The notes beneath the pieces were generated by a model, which ran no database searches, was not told the origin of the DNA, and saw nothing but the letters and a program-made list of their open reading frames with translations. The translations under genes were made by a program, and so were the position numbers. 35,046 bases of DNA from Abditibacteriaceae bacterium (GTDB lineage: Bacteria; Armatimonadota; Abditibacteriia; Abditibacteriales; Abditibacteriaceae), in NCBI GenBank assembly GCA_031372065.1, contig JANMKN010000021.1, positions 1 to 35,046 on the forward strand, written 5' to 3'. Shown in pieces: positions 26,245 to 35,046 of this stretch (the stretch's first letter is position 1; the number at the start of each line of letters is the position of its first letter).

Positions 26245-27036
26245 ATGGGCAGACTAAATTCTGGATTAAAGCGAGTGATCAATGGCTCGCCACTCGAATC
26301 TTTGGCTCGCCGGGCTTACGCTCTTATTCTCAATCGGCGACGTTCGGCGGCAGATATTCGAAACGAACAATATAACGAGCAAACACTTGCAGTTATGCAG
26401 TGTGTTCTCAAACCTGACTCTAACTGCATTGACGTGGGATGTCACAGCGGTCTGGTTTTGCGTGATATTTTAAATTTGGCCCCACAAGGTCAACATTTCG
26501 CTTTTGAGCCGCTACCGGACTTCTATACAGCGTTGCAAAACGACTTTCGGGATTATCCAAACGTGCAGTTTTTGAATTTGGCCTTGTCGGACGAAAGCGG
26601 GGAAATTGAATTTCAGCACGTTGTCACGAATCCGGGTTATAGCGGATTGAGGCGGCGACAATATGACTCCGACCACGAACAAATCGAAACTATCTCAGTG
26701 AATAGGGCGCGATTGGATGATGTGCTGTCACAACAGCCGCCTTGCCCCATTCATTTCATTAAAATAGACGTGGAAGGCGCCGAAAGTCTGGTGTTTCGCG
26801 GCGCCGAGGAAACTTTGCGCCGCTATCGTCCCTACATCGTTTTCGAGCATGGCGGCCCGTCTCTGGAGTATGGGAGCGGCCCGGAGGACATTCACGATTT
26901 TCTTTTCGGTTGCGGCCTACGCGTTTCGTTGATGGAAGCGTGGCTGAAAAATAGTCAGACCTCGGCGATGACAAAAGCAGAATTTCATAGAGCGTTTTAT
27001 AATCAAGGCCAATTTTATTATATGGCGCACCCTTAA
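26245..27036 (+). CDS. FkbM-family methyltransferase
   Basis: IDVGCHSG, AFEP, ALSD, RLDD, FIKIDVEGAE. Confidence 0.92.
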   Translation: MGRLNSGLKRVINGSPLESLARRAYALILNRRRSAADIRNEQYNEQTLAVMQCVLKPDSNCIDVGCHSGLVLRDILNLAPQGQHFAFEPLPDFYTALQNDFRDYPNVQFLNLALSDESGEIEFQHVVTNPGYSGLRRRQYDSDHEQIETISVNRARLDDVLSQQPPCPIHFIKIDVEGAESLVFRGAEETLRRYRPYIVFEHGGPSLEYGSGPEDIHDFLFGCGLRVSLMEAWLKNSQTSAMTKAEFHRAFYNQGQFYYMAHP

Positions 27037-27095
27037 GTTAATGTATTCAAATGACGCACAAGCATCGCGTTGGCGCTGCGAGCAAACAAGTTTCA

Positions 27096-28217
27096 TTAAC
27101 CGACCAATTCGCGCAAGGATTCGCCAACAAACGCCACTTGTTCGCGCGTCAGGCAAAGTGCTGAAGGCAAATTCACGCCGCGCATTCCGATGTCATACGC
27201 CACGCGATTGCGCTTTTGTGCCACCTGCGCTGAAGGCAGGTTTTCATAAGCCGGAAGCGCGCTGAGAGGATGAAAAAACGGACGCGAATCTATGTTGCGC
27301 ACCGCCAAAAACTCCATCACTTGCGTTTTGCTAAGTCCGGTTGAAGCCTCAAAAAGCGCTGTTACCATCCAATACGAATTTTTCGTGTTGGGCGGCTCGT
27401 AATTCAGCGTAATCTGCGGCACATTACACAATTCTTCTCGATACCAGGCGAAGATTTCACGCTTGCGATGGACTAATTCGTCCACGCGTTCCAACTGCGC
27501 CAAACCCATCGCCGCTTGCATGGCGCTCATCTTGTATTTGTAAGCGACTTCGGTATTAAAAAACTGCACATCGCCCGGCACACGGCCATGATCGCGTAAG
27601 AATAAAGCGCGGCGAAAAAGTTCTTCATCATCCATCGCCAGCAAGCCACCTTCGCCGGTTGTCAACGTTTTCGAGCCATGAAAACTAAACACGCCGGTGC
27701 GCCCCAAACTTCCAGCGCGTTGACCGTGAAACTCCGAGCCAATCGCTTCGGCGGCATCTTCGATTATCGCGATTTCATGGCGCGCGGCGATGGATTTCAG
27801 CGCCTCATAATCGGGCATTCCGCCGTATAGATCAACGGGAATGACCGCTTTGGTGCGCGGCGTGATGCACGCTTCAAAAGACACTGCATCTATGCACCAC
27901 GTTTGCGCATCCACATCGGCGAAAACCGGCGTCGCTCCGACGTAATTAATCGGCGCCGCCGACGCAATCCATGTCGCATCGGGAACGATTACTTCGTCGC
28001 CGGGACCGATATTTAGGGTCAGCAGCGACAAATGAATCGCCGAGGTGCAAGACGGCAACGCCGCGCAAAAACGCACGCCGAGATAGTCGGCAAATGCTTT
28101 TTCAAAGCGCTCATGGTATTTGTTGGCCTCGCCATACCACGCCGTTGCCGCTGCATCAGTAACGTAAGCGATTTCTTTGTCGGTAATCCACGGTCCGGCC
28201 ACAGGAATGCGTTGCAT
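27096..28217 (-). CDS. DegT/DnrJ/EryC1/StrS NDP-sugar aminotransferase (perosamine synthetase-like)
   Basis: SCTSAIHL, GPGDEVIVP, IEDAAEA, SFHGSKTLTTGEGG, NLPS. Confidence 0.93.
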   Translation of the reverse strand: MQRIPVAGPWITDKEIAYVTDAAATAWYGEANKYHERFEKAFADYLGVRFCAALPSCTSAIHLSLLTLNIGPGDEVIVPDATWIASAAPINYVGATPVFADVDAQTWCIDAVSFEACITPRTKAVIPVDLYGGMPDYEALKSIAARHEIAIIEDAAEAIGSEFHGQRAGSLGRTGVFSFHGSKTLTTGEGGLLAMDDEELFRRALFLRDHGRVPGDVQFFNTEVAYKYKMSAMQAAMGLAQLERVDELVHRKREIFAWYREELCNVPQITLNYEPPNTKNSYWMVTALFEASTGLSKTQVMEFLAVRNIDSRPFFHPLSALPAYENLPSAQVAQKRNRVAYDIGMRGVNLPSALCLTREQVAFVGESLRELVG

Positions 28218-28218
28218 T

Positions 28219-28950
28219 TTAATCTTTGACGCACTTCAAATAGCCATCGGGCGCGACGGTAATGAGCAGTTTGTCTGAAATAGAGCGGTCAATTTGAAAG
28301 CGGTCATTTTTCGATAGAAATTCGCGCACCGCCGTTTTGGGATTGTTGCCCACGCCCCACGGACGATCCGGGAAAAACGTGGCGGGCATATCTTCGATAA
28401 TTGTATCGAAAACCACGGCGTAACCACCGTTTTTCACCAATGGCGCATATAATTCCAACTCACGCAAAACGTGGTCGTGCGTGTGGTTGGAATCGAGAAC
28501 AAGCAGCACGTTTTTGCCCCGCGCCAATTCGCCAACTTGCGCCGCGATGTTTTCATCAATCGAAGAGCCTTCGATCATCGTGATGCGCTTAAACATCGGA
28601 TGATTTTCGATTTCGGTGCGGTTATGCACGCGGATTTCGATGTCCACACCGAGAACTTCGCCATGTCCCATCATTTCACACAGCGAGGCATAATAAATCA
28701 GCGAACCGCCGTGCGCGATGCCGGTTTCGATAATCAAATCAGGCCGCATTTGCCAGATAATTTCCTGCATGGCGACCATATCTTGCGGAAATTGAATAAT
28801 CGGACGGCCCATCCAAGTGAAATTGTAAGAGTATTTTTCCTTGGAAACGTCCGTAATCCATTGCTGTGAGGCCGCACGCAGCGATTCACTGTGGCCCAGA
28901 TTACGAATGTGTTGTTGTTTTTGTGCTTCAAAGGCCGCATTTCCATCCAT
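28219..28950 (-). CDS. CmcI/cephalosporin hydroxylase-family protein (probable sugar O-methyltransferase)
   Basis: YSYNFTWMGRPIIQFPQD, PDLIIETGIAHGGS, LDSNHTHDHV, GNNPKTAV. Confidence 0.9.
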   Translation of the reverse strand: MDGNAAFEAQKQQHIRNLGHSESLRAASQQWITDVSKEKYSYNFTWMGRPIIQFPQDMVAMQEIIWQMRPDLIIETGIAHGGSLIYYASLCEMMGHGEVLGVDIEIRVHNRTEIENHPMFKRITMIEGSSIDENIAAQVGELARGKNVLLVLDSNHTHDHVLRELELYAPLVKNGGYAVVFDTIIEDMPATFFPDRPWGVGNNPKTAVREFLSKNDRFQIDRSISDKLLITVAPDGYLKCVKD

Positions 28951-28976
28951 GAGTAACTCGCTTTCTCTACTTTTGC

Positions 28977-29783
28977 TCACCGGCGGCGCATGACTGCCAT
29001 GCGAATGGGACTGAACTGACCGCTCCACGGTAGATCCACGGCAAGCTGATGAATCTCATGTTCATAATCCGGCTTTTCACCGCGCATCCGGCACATCGCC
29101 GAATAAATGACACGCGTGGCAAAATAATAAGAACTCGAAAAATCTTTAAATTCCATAAGATTAAAAAAAGGTTCCGCACATTGCCGCCACTGCTCTTCGG
29201 TAAAAAGCAAGTTATGCCAACGAATAGGAATTTCCTCTAAGCCAACCGCGCGCCGTGCCGAAGAAAGGTTGTTTTGCCCTTCAATAAAATTCTCGATGGC
29301 AATATAATAACCGCCCCTCTTCAAACGCCCCGCTATTTCGGCTATGGCAGTGGCTTGGTCATCAGAAGATTCCAAATTAATAAGACAGCGATCACTAAGA
29401 GCGACGTCGAAAGTCTGTGAGCCGCAGGCCATCTCTAAATTTGTCGCATCGCCGACGCTAAAGGCAACACGGTCTTGCAATGCCGGAATTTGTTGCAATC
29501 GCCGCAAGGCATTTTTAATCATGCCGGGGCTATAATCCACGCCCAAAAATCGTCCGCGCGTCCATGCCTGAGCGACCATAAGCGTGGAAAAACCGTCGCC
29601 ACACCCCACATCCAAAACCGAGGCATCTTCCGGCAAATCCAAGAGATTCAACGCGTCGGTAATAGTAGTGATTTCCAAACGGCGCAAGTGAACATCATCG
29701 GTTGTGGCCGTTGGCACATCCATATTTTGACGCGCTCTCTCATCCCAATAATTTTTGATTTTTTCACTTTGTTTTTCGCTCAT
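28977..29783 (-). CDS. Class I SAM-dependent methyltransferase
   Basis: VLDVGCGDG, GVDYSPGMI, GDA, FDVA..RCLINL, LKRGG. Confidence 0.88.
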   Translation of the reverse strand: MSEKQSEKIKNYWDERARQNMDVPTATTDDVHLRRLEITTITDALNLLDLPEDASVLDVGCGDGFSTLMVAQAWTRGRFLGVDYSPGMIKNALRRLQQIPALQDRVAFSVGDATNLEMACGSQTFDVALSDRCLINLESSDDQATAIAEIAGRLKRGGYYIAIENFIEGQNNLSSARRAVGLEEIPIRWHNLLFTEEQWRQCAEPFFNLMEFKDFSSSYYFATRVIYSAMCRMRGEKPDYEHEIHQLAVDLPWSGQFSPIRMAVMRRR

Positions 29784-29853
29784 ATTTGCCTTAAGGGTCT
29801 TGGCTTAATTCCCATTGAATATTTCAAACTATGGTTTCTCGCTAAGACTGATT

Positions 29854-30945
29854 TTATTTGCCTTTTTTGGAAGTCTGCCCTGTTACAGCCCGCCAGCGGG
29901 TGCCCAGGGCCAATTTGGGCCGAATTCCGTTGAGCAAATTCTCCATTTGCTCACGCGGAGTCAGTTTAATCCCCAGATTGCGCCGCGCTATGACCTCCAT
30001 TTGTTCAGGTTCGGTCATAACAGCGGTTTTGTGCATTTCGTGGCTCATGCAGGTTGCACACAGCGAGTGAGCATATTTTAGTCTTTGCAGTTCATCAAAA
30101 GGAGTGTCAAGAAATGAAGGTGCTATAGTGTATTTTTTGTCGAAGGTGCCGCAACACAAAGCCACGCTGCCATCAGCATTGAGACTCATTTCCTCAGCGC
30201 GCAAACGACAATCGCACGGCGCGGTGCCAACACGCAATTGTTTATGTTCATTCGGCGAAATTGCCAACAATTCAATAACTTTTTTGTCGGCTTCGTCAAT
30301 GTGGCCTTCGTAATAAGCCAGATTCTTCTCCAAAGGCATTAAATAAGCCCACACCGGCTCCCAATTGAAACCTAATTTCTGAACTAAATCGCGCATAGCA
30401 TTGTGTTCTTTTCCCATATTATGCCGATAGCGCAAATACGACACGAACACTTGCATTTTGCTGCTTTGTTCGTCAATGACTTCACGTAAACGGTGCATAT
30501 TCGCCTTCACGATTTCTATGTCACCACCGCTATGCGTTTGCTGGTAAATCTCCTGTCTAAATCCCGATAGCGAAATTCGGAATCTATCTGGTTCTGCGGA
30601 CACCACCTCGGTAAGGCGATCAATTCGATTGAGATTGCTGGATAGATAACACGGAAAGCCATGTCGCTTTACACTGGCAACGATTTGCGAGAGTTCAGGA
30701 TGCAGTAACGGCTCCGTCCATGAAAACAAGCTGATATATTGCACGTTCGGTGTCTCACACACTACTTTATCCATGATCGCATCGAACATAGCAACGCTCA
30801 TACGCCCTTTAGGTCGCGCTGCCTCGCGGGAATTGCCGACCGGGCACGATGGGCAACGTAAATTGCAACCTTCGATCACATCAATGTTATATGCAAATGT
30901 TTTTTTTGTAGATGCTTGAATCACATCATTCTGCTCAATGGGCAT
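29854..30945 (-). CDS. Radical SAM protein with C-terminal SPASM/twitch-like cysteines
   Basis: CNLRCPSC, WTEPLLHP, SSN; C-terminal C..DGSVALCC..CATC. Confidence 0.88.
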   Translation of the reverse strand: MPIEQNDVIQASTKKTFAYNIDVIEGCNLRCPSCPVGNSREAARPKGRMSVAMFDAIMDKVVCETPNVQYISLFSWTEPLLHPELSQIVASVKRHGFPCYLSSNLNRIDRLTEVVSAEPDRFRISLSGFRQEIYQQTHSGGDIEIVKANMHRLREVIDEQSSKMQVFVSYLRYRHNMGKEHNAMRDLVQKLGFNWEPVWAYLMPLEKNLAYYEGHIDEADKKVIELLAISPNEHKQLRVGTAPCDCRLRAEEMSLNADGSVALCCGTFDKKYTIAPSFLDTPFDELQRLKYAHSLCATCMSHEMHKTAVMTEPEQMEVIARRNLGIKLTPREQMENLLNGIRPKLALGTRWRAVTGQTSKKGK

Positions 30946-31013
30946 CTTCCGAACCCCTTTCAAGACTATCAATTCACGTTTTCCTGCAAGCCAACACAAA
31001 TGTCCAGTTAGGG

Positions 31014-33380
31014 TTAGTGGCCTTGCGCTGTGCCGCGTTCTGCCAAATGCCTTTGCAAACGGTCACGCAGGTCAGTATAAGCCTGCCGCGCATCGAAATT
31101 ATCGAATGCAAATTGTAAAGCGATATCTTGCAAAGATTCACGTTGCTTTTCATAGAGCAAAAGGCAAGCAACCGCGTCGGCAAATTCTTCCCACGAATTG
31201 ACAACTATGCAGGGCGCTTCGTCTGTCCAGTGTAAGCCTTCGACACCCGGATGCCATGTTACAAGCGCCTTACCGTGGCTAAGAGCCTCAACTGTTTTGA
31301 TCTTCAACCCTGTCCCGAATCGTGTTGGATTAATTACTACCGCAGCCTGCTGATATTCGGTGTTCACATCCTCCACACGGCCCACAATTTCAATTCGGTC
31401 ATCATCGCTTGCCGTAGCAGGCATATATTCGCCGATGCCACCTACCACGCGCCACTTGACAGCCGGAAACATTTCACACAAACGCGGCCACGCGTTTTGA
31501 AAAAACTCCGTTACACCATGTTGATTCAGCGGGTTATCGGAACTGATGAGTAAAACACGCTCTGGCACAATCGCACTTTCCTGCTTTTCGACTTGCTGAT
31601 CTACGCCAACAACCAGCACTTCGCGTTCGGGCACAAGGTCTCGAAAATAGGCGGCTTCTTCGCTTTGGATCGCCAAAACCACATCGCTGCGCAACAAACG
31701 ACGTCGCTCTTCCTCGCGGGTGCAAGTCCACAAACCTGTAATACCAAAAGCCGCTGCGTTTTCACTTTTATCGGCTTGGCGATCCAAGGTGTCTATGATT
31801 TTCAACGTGCTATGCGGCATGGCATCTAAGCATTCGCTGTTGAATGCATAAGCGACAATCGCCGCTGCCGGTTGAAATTGTTTTCCCATTGCCCGCGCCA
31901 CCGTCACGCTTTGCGGCGACGCTCCAAAATGAGAAATCGGCGGCAAATGGCGTGGACGGCCTTCCTCTGGCTTCAGGGAATTGCTTTCCACCTCCTCATC
32001 TGATGATCGAGATTGTCGCGTTGCCGGCGCGTTTTGCTTTGAGATTCTCACAGAGCGCAGACGATTCTTGGCAGCATCTCTCCATGATACAGGAAAAATC
32101 GAAGTCATAAAAATTCGGAACTGTCGCACCCGTTGAAGTAAGCCCGCGCGCGACCATAACGGCGTGTCCTCCAAAGACCAAACAACATCTGTTAACCGCT
32201 CAATCTCGCGGCGCGCTTCCAGTGATAATTCCGGCGTTTCCACAAACAACACGGTGCGATAGCCTTCGCCACGCAACCAAAGCAGCAAATTGCGCAAACG
32301 CAACTGACTGCCATGCGCCACAGGCCACGGTGCCAGAGGCGAAATCAGCAAAATAGTGGCTTGATTAACAGACTTATTGGCCTTGTTTTGCCGCATCGCG
32401 CCACCAAAAGAAGAGCGCATTTTTTTATAAACACGTTGCGGAGTGACAGCTTGCAGCAAACGGACAAGTAAAGGCAATAAGCGATGCCGAGCCGTTTCCT
32501 TCCCGCGTTCTACTGCCTGTTGCCAAACGTGTCGTTGCAGCATGGCTTTTTGGCTGTGCCACGCCAATTTCCAACGTCCAATACGCCCCAATGGGGCATA
32601 AACGGGCGAGGCTAAAATATGACAGGCAGCATGGAAAGCAATGCTTTGATGCGGGTAGCGGCCTGCCCAGTGTCCCAGTCCTGCAATTGCCGCTGTTTTG
32701 ACGTGGCTTTGTGACGCACCTCCAAGACGGCGATGCACTTTGACGTCACTCAGCGTTTCCATTTTGCCCAAAAACGCCATAGCCGCAAGGATTATCCAGT
32801 CGTCGCCAATGCGATTACTAAGAGGTGTTGTGGGTGAGGGCGCGACGCGCTCTAAAAAATCGCGACGCATCAAGCCATAAAACAGGCCGTTCCAATTGAC
32901 TTCGGCGTAATAATGCACAACGCGCGAAGCGGCATTTTCATTGGTAATATGCAAGGCGTCTTCGGCACAAAGCCACTCCTCGCCCTGATAATAATGGGCT
33001 TGGCCGCCCACAACAGCGTAATCGGGGTGCGCTTCTAACACCCGCACGCAATGTTCAACATAATCGCTGTCCACCCAATCATCGTCGCCCAGCCACATAA
33101 AATATTTGCCGCGCGCGAGTGAAAACACTTCATTAAAATTTGCCGTCGGGCCGCGATTTTGGTCTTGCCGGATATATTTCAAGCGATTGTCTTGCGCCGC
33201 TAATTCACGACAAATCTGCTCGGTGCCATCGGTGGAAGCGTTGTCGGAAACAATGATTTCCAAATTGCGATAACCTTGCTCCAACGCCGAAACTAAAGCC
33301 TGACGGACCATGAGTTCCCGATTATAAACCGGCAATCCAATACTGACCAAAGGCCCATTATTTCCGTTGATGTCACTCAT
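31014..33380 (-). CDS. Fused GT2 (N-terminal) + GT4-like (C-terminal) glycosyltransferase
   Basis: VSIGLPVYN, SDNASTDGT, WLGDDD; then GSQLR, NPTRFGTGLKIKTVEALSHGK. Confidence 0.88.
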   Translation of the reverse strand: MSDINGNNGPLVSIGLPVYNRELMVRQALVSALEQGYRNLEIIVSDNASTDGTEQICRELAAQDNRLKYIRQDQNRGPTANFNEVFSLARGKYFMWLGDDDWVDSDYVEHCVRVLEAHPDYAVVGGQAHYYQGEEWLCAEDALHITNENAASRVVHYYAEVNWNGLFYGLMRRDFLERVAPSPTTPLSNRIGDDWIILAAMAFLGKMETLSDVKVHRRLGGASQSHVKTAAIAGLGHWAGRYPHQSIAFHAACHILASPVYAPLGRIGRWKLAWHSQKAMLQRHVWQQAVERGKETARHRLLPLLVRLLQAVTPQRVYKKMRSSFGGAMRQNKANKSVNQATILLISPLAPWPVAHGSQLRLRNLLLWLRGEGYRTVLFVETPELSLEARREIERLTDVVWSLEDTPLWSRAGLLQRVRQFRIFMTSIFPVSWRDAAKNRLRSVRISKQNAPATRQSRSSDEEVESNSLKPEEGRPRHLPPISHFGASPQSVTVARAMGKQFQPAAAIVAYAFNSECLDAMPHSTLKIIDTLDRQADKSENAAAFGITGLWTCTREEERRRLLRSDVVLAIQSEEAAYFRDLVPEREVLVVGVDQQVEKQESAIVPERVLLISSDNPLNQHGVTEFFQNAWPRLCEMFPAVKWRVVGGIGEYMPATASDDDRIEIVGRVEDVNTEYQQAAVVINPTRFGTGLKIKTVEALSHGKALVTWHPGVEGLHWTDEAPCIVVNSWEEFADAVACLLLYEKQRESLQDIALQFAFDNFDARQAYTDLRDRLQRHLAERGTAQGH

Positions 33381-33913
33381 TCGCTATCTTGGAACGGCAA
33401 ATAATTCGCGTCTTTTTCGCTGATAATACTCACCGGCAACGGCCAGTGAATCGAAAAAGCAGCATCGTCAAAACGCGCGCCGCGCGCGGCTTCGGCGTGA
33501 TATTCGGCGGACATTTGATAAAACACTTCGCTGTTGTCTTCAAGCGTTTGAAATCCATGCGCGATGCCTTCAGGCAAGTAAATCATCGTGCGATTTTGCG
33601 CGGATAATTCAACAGCGAACCATTGCTTGAATGTCGCCGAATCGCGGCGCAAATCCAGCGCGACATCGTAGATTTTCCCCATTGTGCAACGCACTAATTT
33701 GGTTTCGCCATGCGGCGCCTCCTGCCAGTGCATTCCACGCAAAGTGCCTTTTTGGTGGTTGAACGAAATATTGCACTGCACGAAATCGGCGCTCAAAACT
33801 CGTGATGCAAATTCATCGCGACAAAAGGTGCGCGCGAAAAATCCGCGCTCATCAGCGATGATTTTCGGTTCGATAACCCACACGCCACGCAAAGGCGTTT
33901 CAAGGAATTTCAT
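33377..33913 (-). CDS. rfbC: dTDP-4-dehydrorhamnose 3,5-epimerase family
   Basis: DERGFFAR, GTLRGMH, KLVRC..G.IYDVALDLR, AHGFQTL; start ATG 33913. Confidence 0.9.
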   Translation of the reverse strand: MKFLETPLRGVWVIEPKIIADERGFFARTFCRDEFASRVLSADFVQCNISFNHQKGTLRGMHWQEAPHGETKLVRCTMGKIYDVALDLRRDSATFKQWFAVELSAQNRTMIYLPEGIAHGFQTLEDNSEVFYQMSAEYHAEAARGARFDDAAFSIHWPLPVSIISEKDANYLPFQDSE

Positions 33914-35046
33914 TCGAGGATTTCCAACTCTGGAATTGGCACGACGAACTTTCCACCCCAATCGCGAATGTGCGCCATTTGTCCCATGATTTCATCGCGC
34001 AAATTCCACGCGAGAATCAGCAAATAATCGGGCCGCACGGCGCTGATTTTATCGGGATGAAAAATCGGCAATCTTGTGCCCGGCAAAAAGCGCCCTTGTT
34101 TATGCGGGCTGCGATCAACCGTAAACGGCAGCAAATCGGGTCGCACACCGCAGTAATTGAGCAGCGTGTTACCTTTAGCGGGCGCGCCATAGCCTGCGAC
34201 GGTTTTTCCATTGCGGCGCGCTGCAATGAGAAATTCCAATAGCGCCAATTTGGTTTCGCGCACTTGGGCATCAAAAGCCGCATATGTTTCGACTTTATCA
34301 AGCCCCGCTTGCAGTTCGGCCTCGCGCACGGCCAAAACGCGCGGCGAAATTTCCGCGTTTTCCGTCTCGTGCCGCGCGAAAACGCGCAAGCTGCCGCCAT
34401 GTGTGGAAATCTCTTCTACATCGAAAATTTCGAGGCCATGCGCGGCGAAAATCTTCTGCGTCGCCAAAAGAGAAAGATACGAAAAATGTTCGTGATAAAT
34501 GGTGTCGAATTGGTTGCGCGCCATCAAAAGCATAACGTGCTGAAATTCCACGCTGAGAACGCCGTCGCGATTCAGCAAAACTTTCAATCCCGCTACAAAA
34601 TCGTTGATGTCGGGCACATGAGCCAAGACATTGTTGCCGACCAATAAATCGGCGCCGCGATTTCCCATGCGAATTTCGCGCGCGCTTTTTTCACCTAAAA
34701 AACGCACCAGCGTTTCGATGCCCGCCGCCTGCGCTACCGCCGCCACATTGCGCGCCGGTTCGATACCAAGGACCGGCACACCGCGCGCTTTGAAAAATTG
34801 CAACAAATAGCCATCGTTACTGGCGATTTCGATCACCGACGATTTTTCATCATAGCCAAAGCGGTCAATCATCGCCTCGGCAAAGCGCTGCGCGTGGGCA
34901 AGCCACGAATCGGAATACGACGAAAAATAAGCGTAGTGTCCGAAAATCTGCTCTGGACTTTGAAACTCCGGCAATTGCACCAAAAGGCACTTTTCGCAGA
35001 CAAAAGCGTGCAACGGAAAATATAATTCGGCCTGCTCCATTTGGTG
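33910..35046 (-). CDS. NDP-hexose 3-C-methyltransferase family; 5' end lies outside the window
   Basis: C..C.LVQL, YAYFSS, EIASNDGYLL, NNVLAHVPD, FDTIYHEH, YGAPAKGNTLLNYCG. Confidence 0.92.
   Translation of the reverse strand, partial: HQMEQAELYFPLHAFVCEKCLLVQLPEFQSPEQIFGHYAYFSSYSDSWLAHAQRFAEAMIDRFGYDEKSSVIEIASNDGYLLQFFKARGVPVLGIEPARNVAAVAQAAGIETLVRFLGEKSAREIRMGNRGADLLVGNNVLAHVPDINDFVAGLKVLLNRDGVLSVEFQHVMLLMARNQFDTIYHEHFSYLSLLATQKIFAAHGLEIFDVEEISTHGGSLRVFARHETENAEISPRVLAVREAELQAGLDKVETYAAFDAQVRETKLALLEFLIAARRNGKTVAGYGAPAKGNTLLNYCGVRPDLLPFTVDRSPHKQGRFLPGTRLPIFHPDKISAVRPDYLLILAWNLRDEIMGQMAHIRDWGGKFVVPIPELEILE

Overview
35 kb bacterial chromosomal window of moderately high GC. Gene style (including a DUF1559/H-X9-DG pilin-like gene) suggests Abditibacteriota/Armatimonadota, which is an inference only. 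From left to right it contains: the glmU(N-domain only)-prs-rplY-pth cluster; a thioredoxin; a PA0069-type radical SAM; trpF; a DUF2064 gene; hisF and hisI split by an AT-richer GGCT + HEPN-like gene pair; small membrane proteins; a sialidase-family gene; pyk; DUF547; plsC-cmk; lhgO; an aldo-keto reductase; an ankyrin protein; rsgA with a C26 glutamine amidotransferase; an ABC exporter; two secreted hypotheticals; and a surface-glycan cluster for a methyl-branched amino-deoxysugar that runs off the right edge. The most notable signals are non-coding. (1) A complete candidate leader-peptide attenuator (TTGACG-17-TACAAT promoter, GAGGAGG RBS, 20-aa uORF, mutually exclusive antiterminator/terminator) lies upstream of the C26-rsgA genes. 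(2) Three sequence-unrelated intergenic arrays share a 20-21 bp period and palindromic cores. (3) A set of intergenic inverted-repeat elements is built from 7- or 9-bp subrepeats. No rRNA, tRNA, CRISPR array or transposase was seen.
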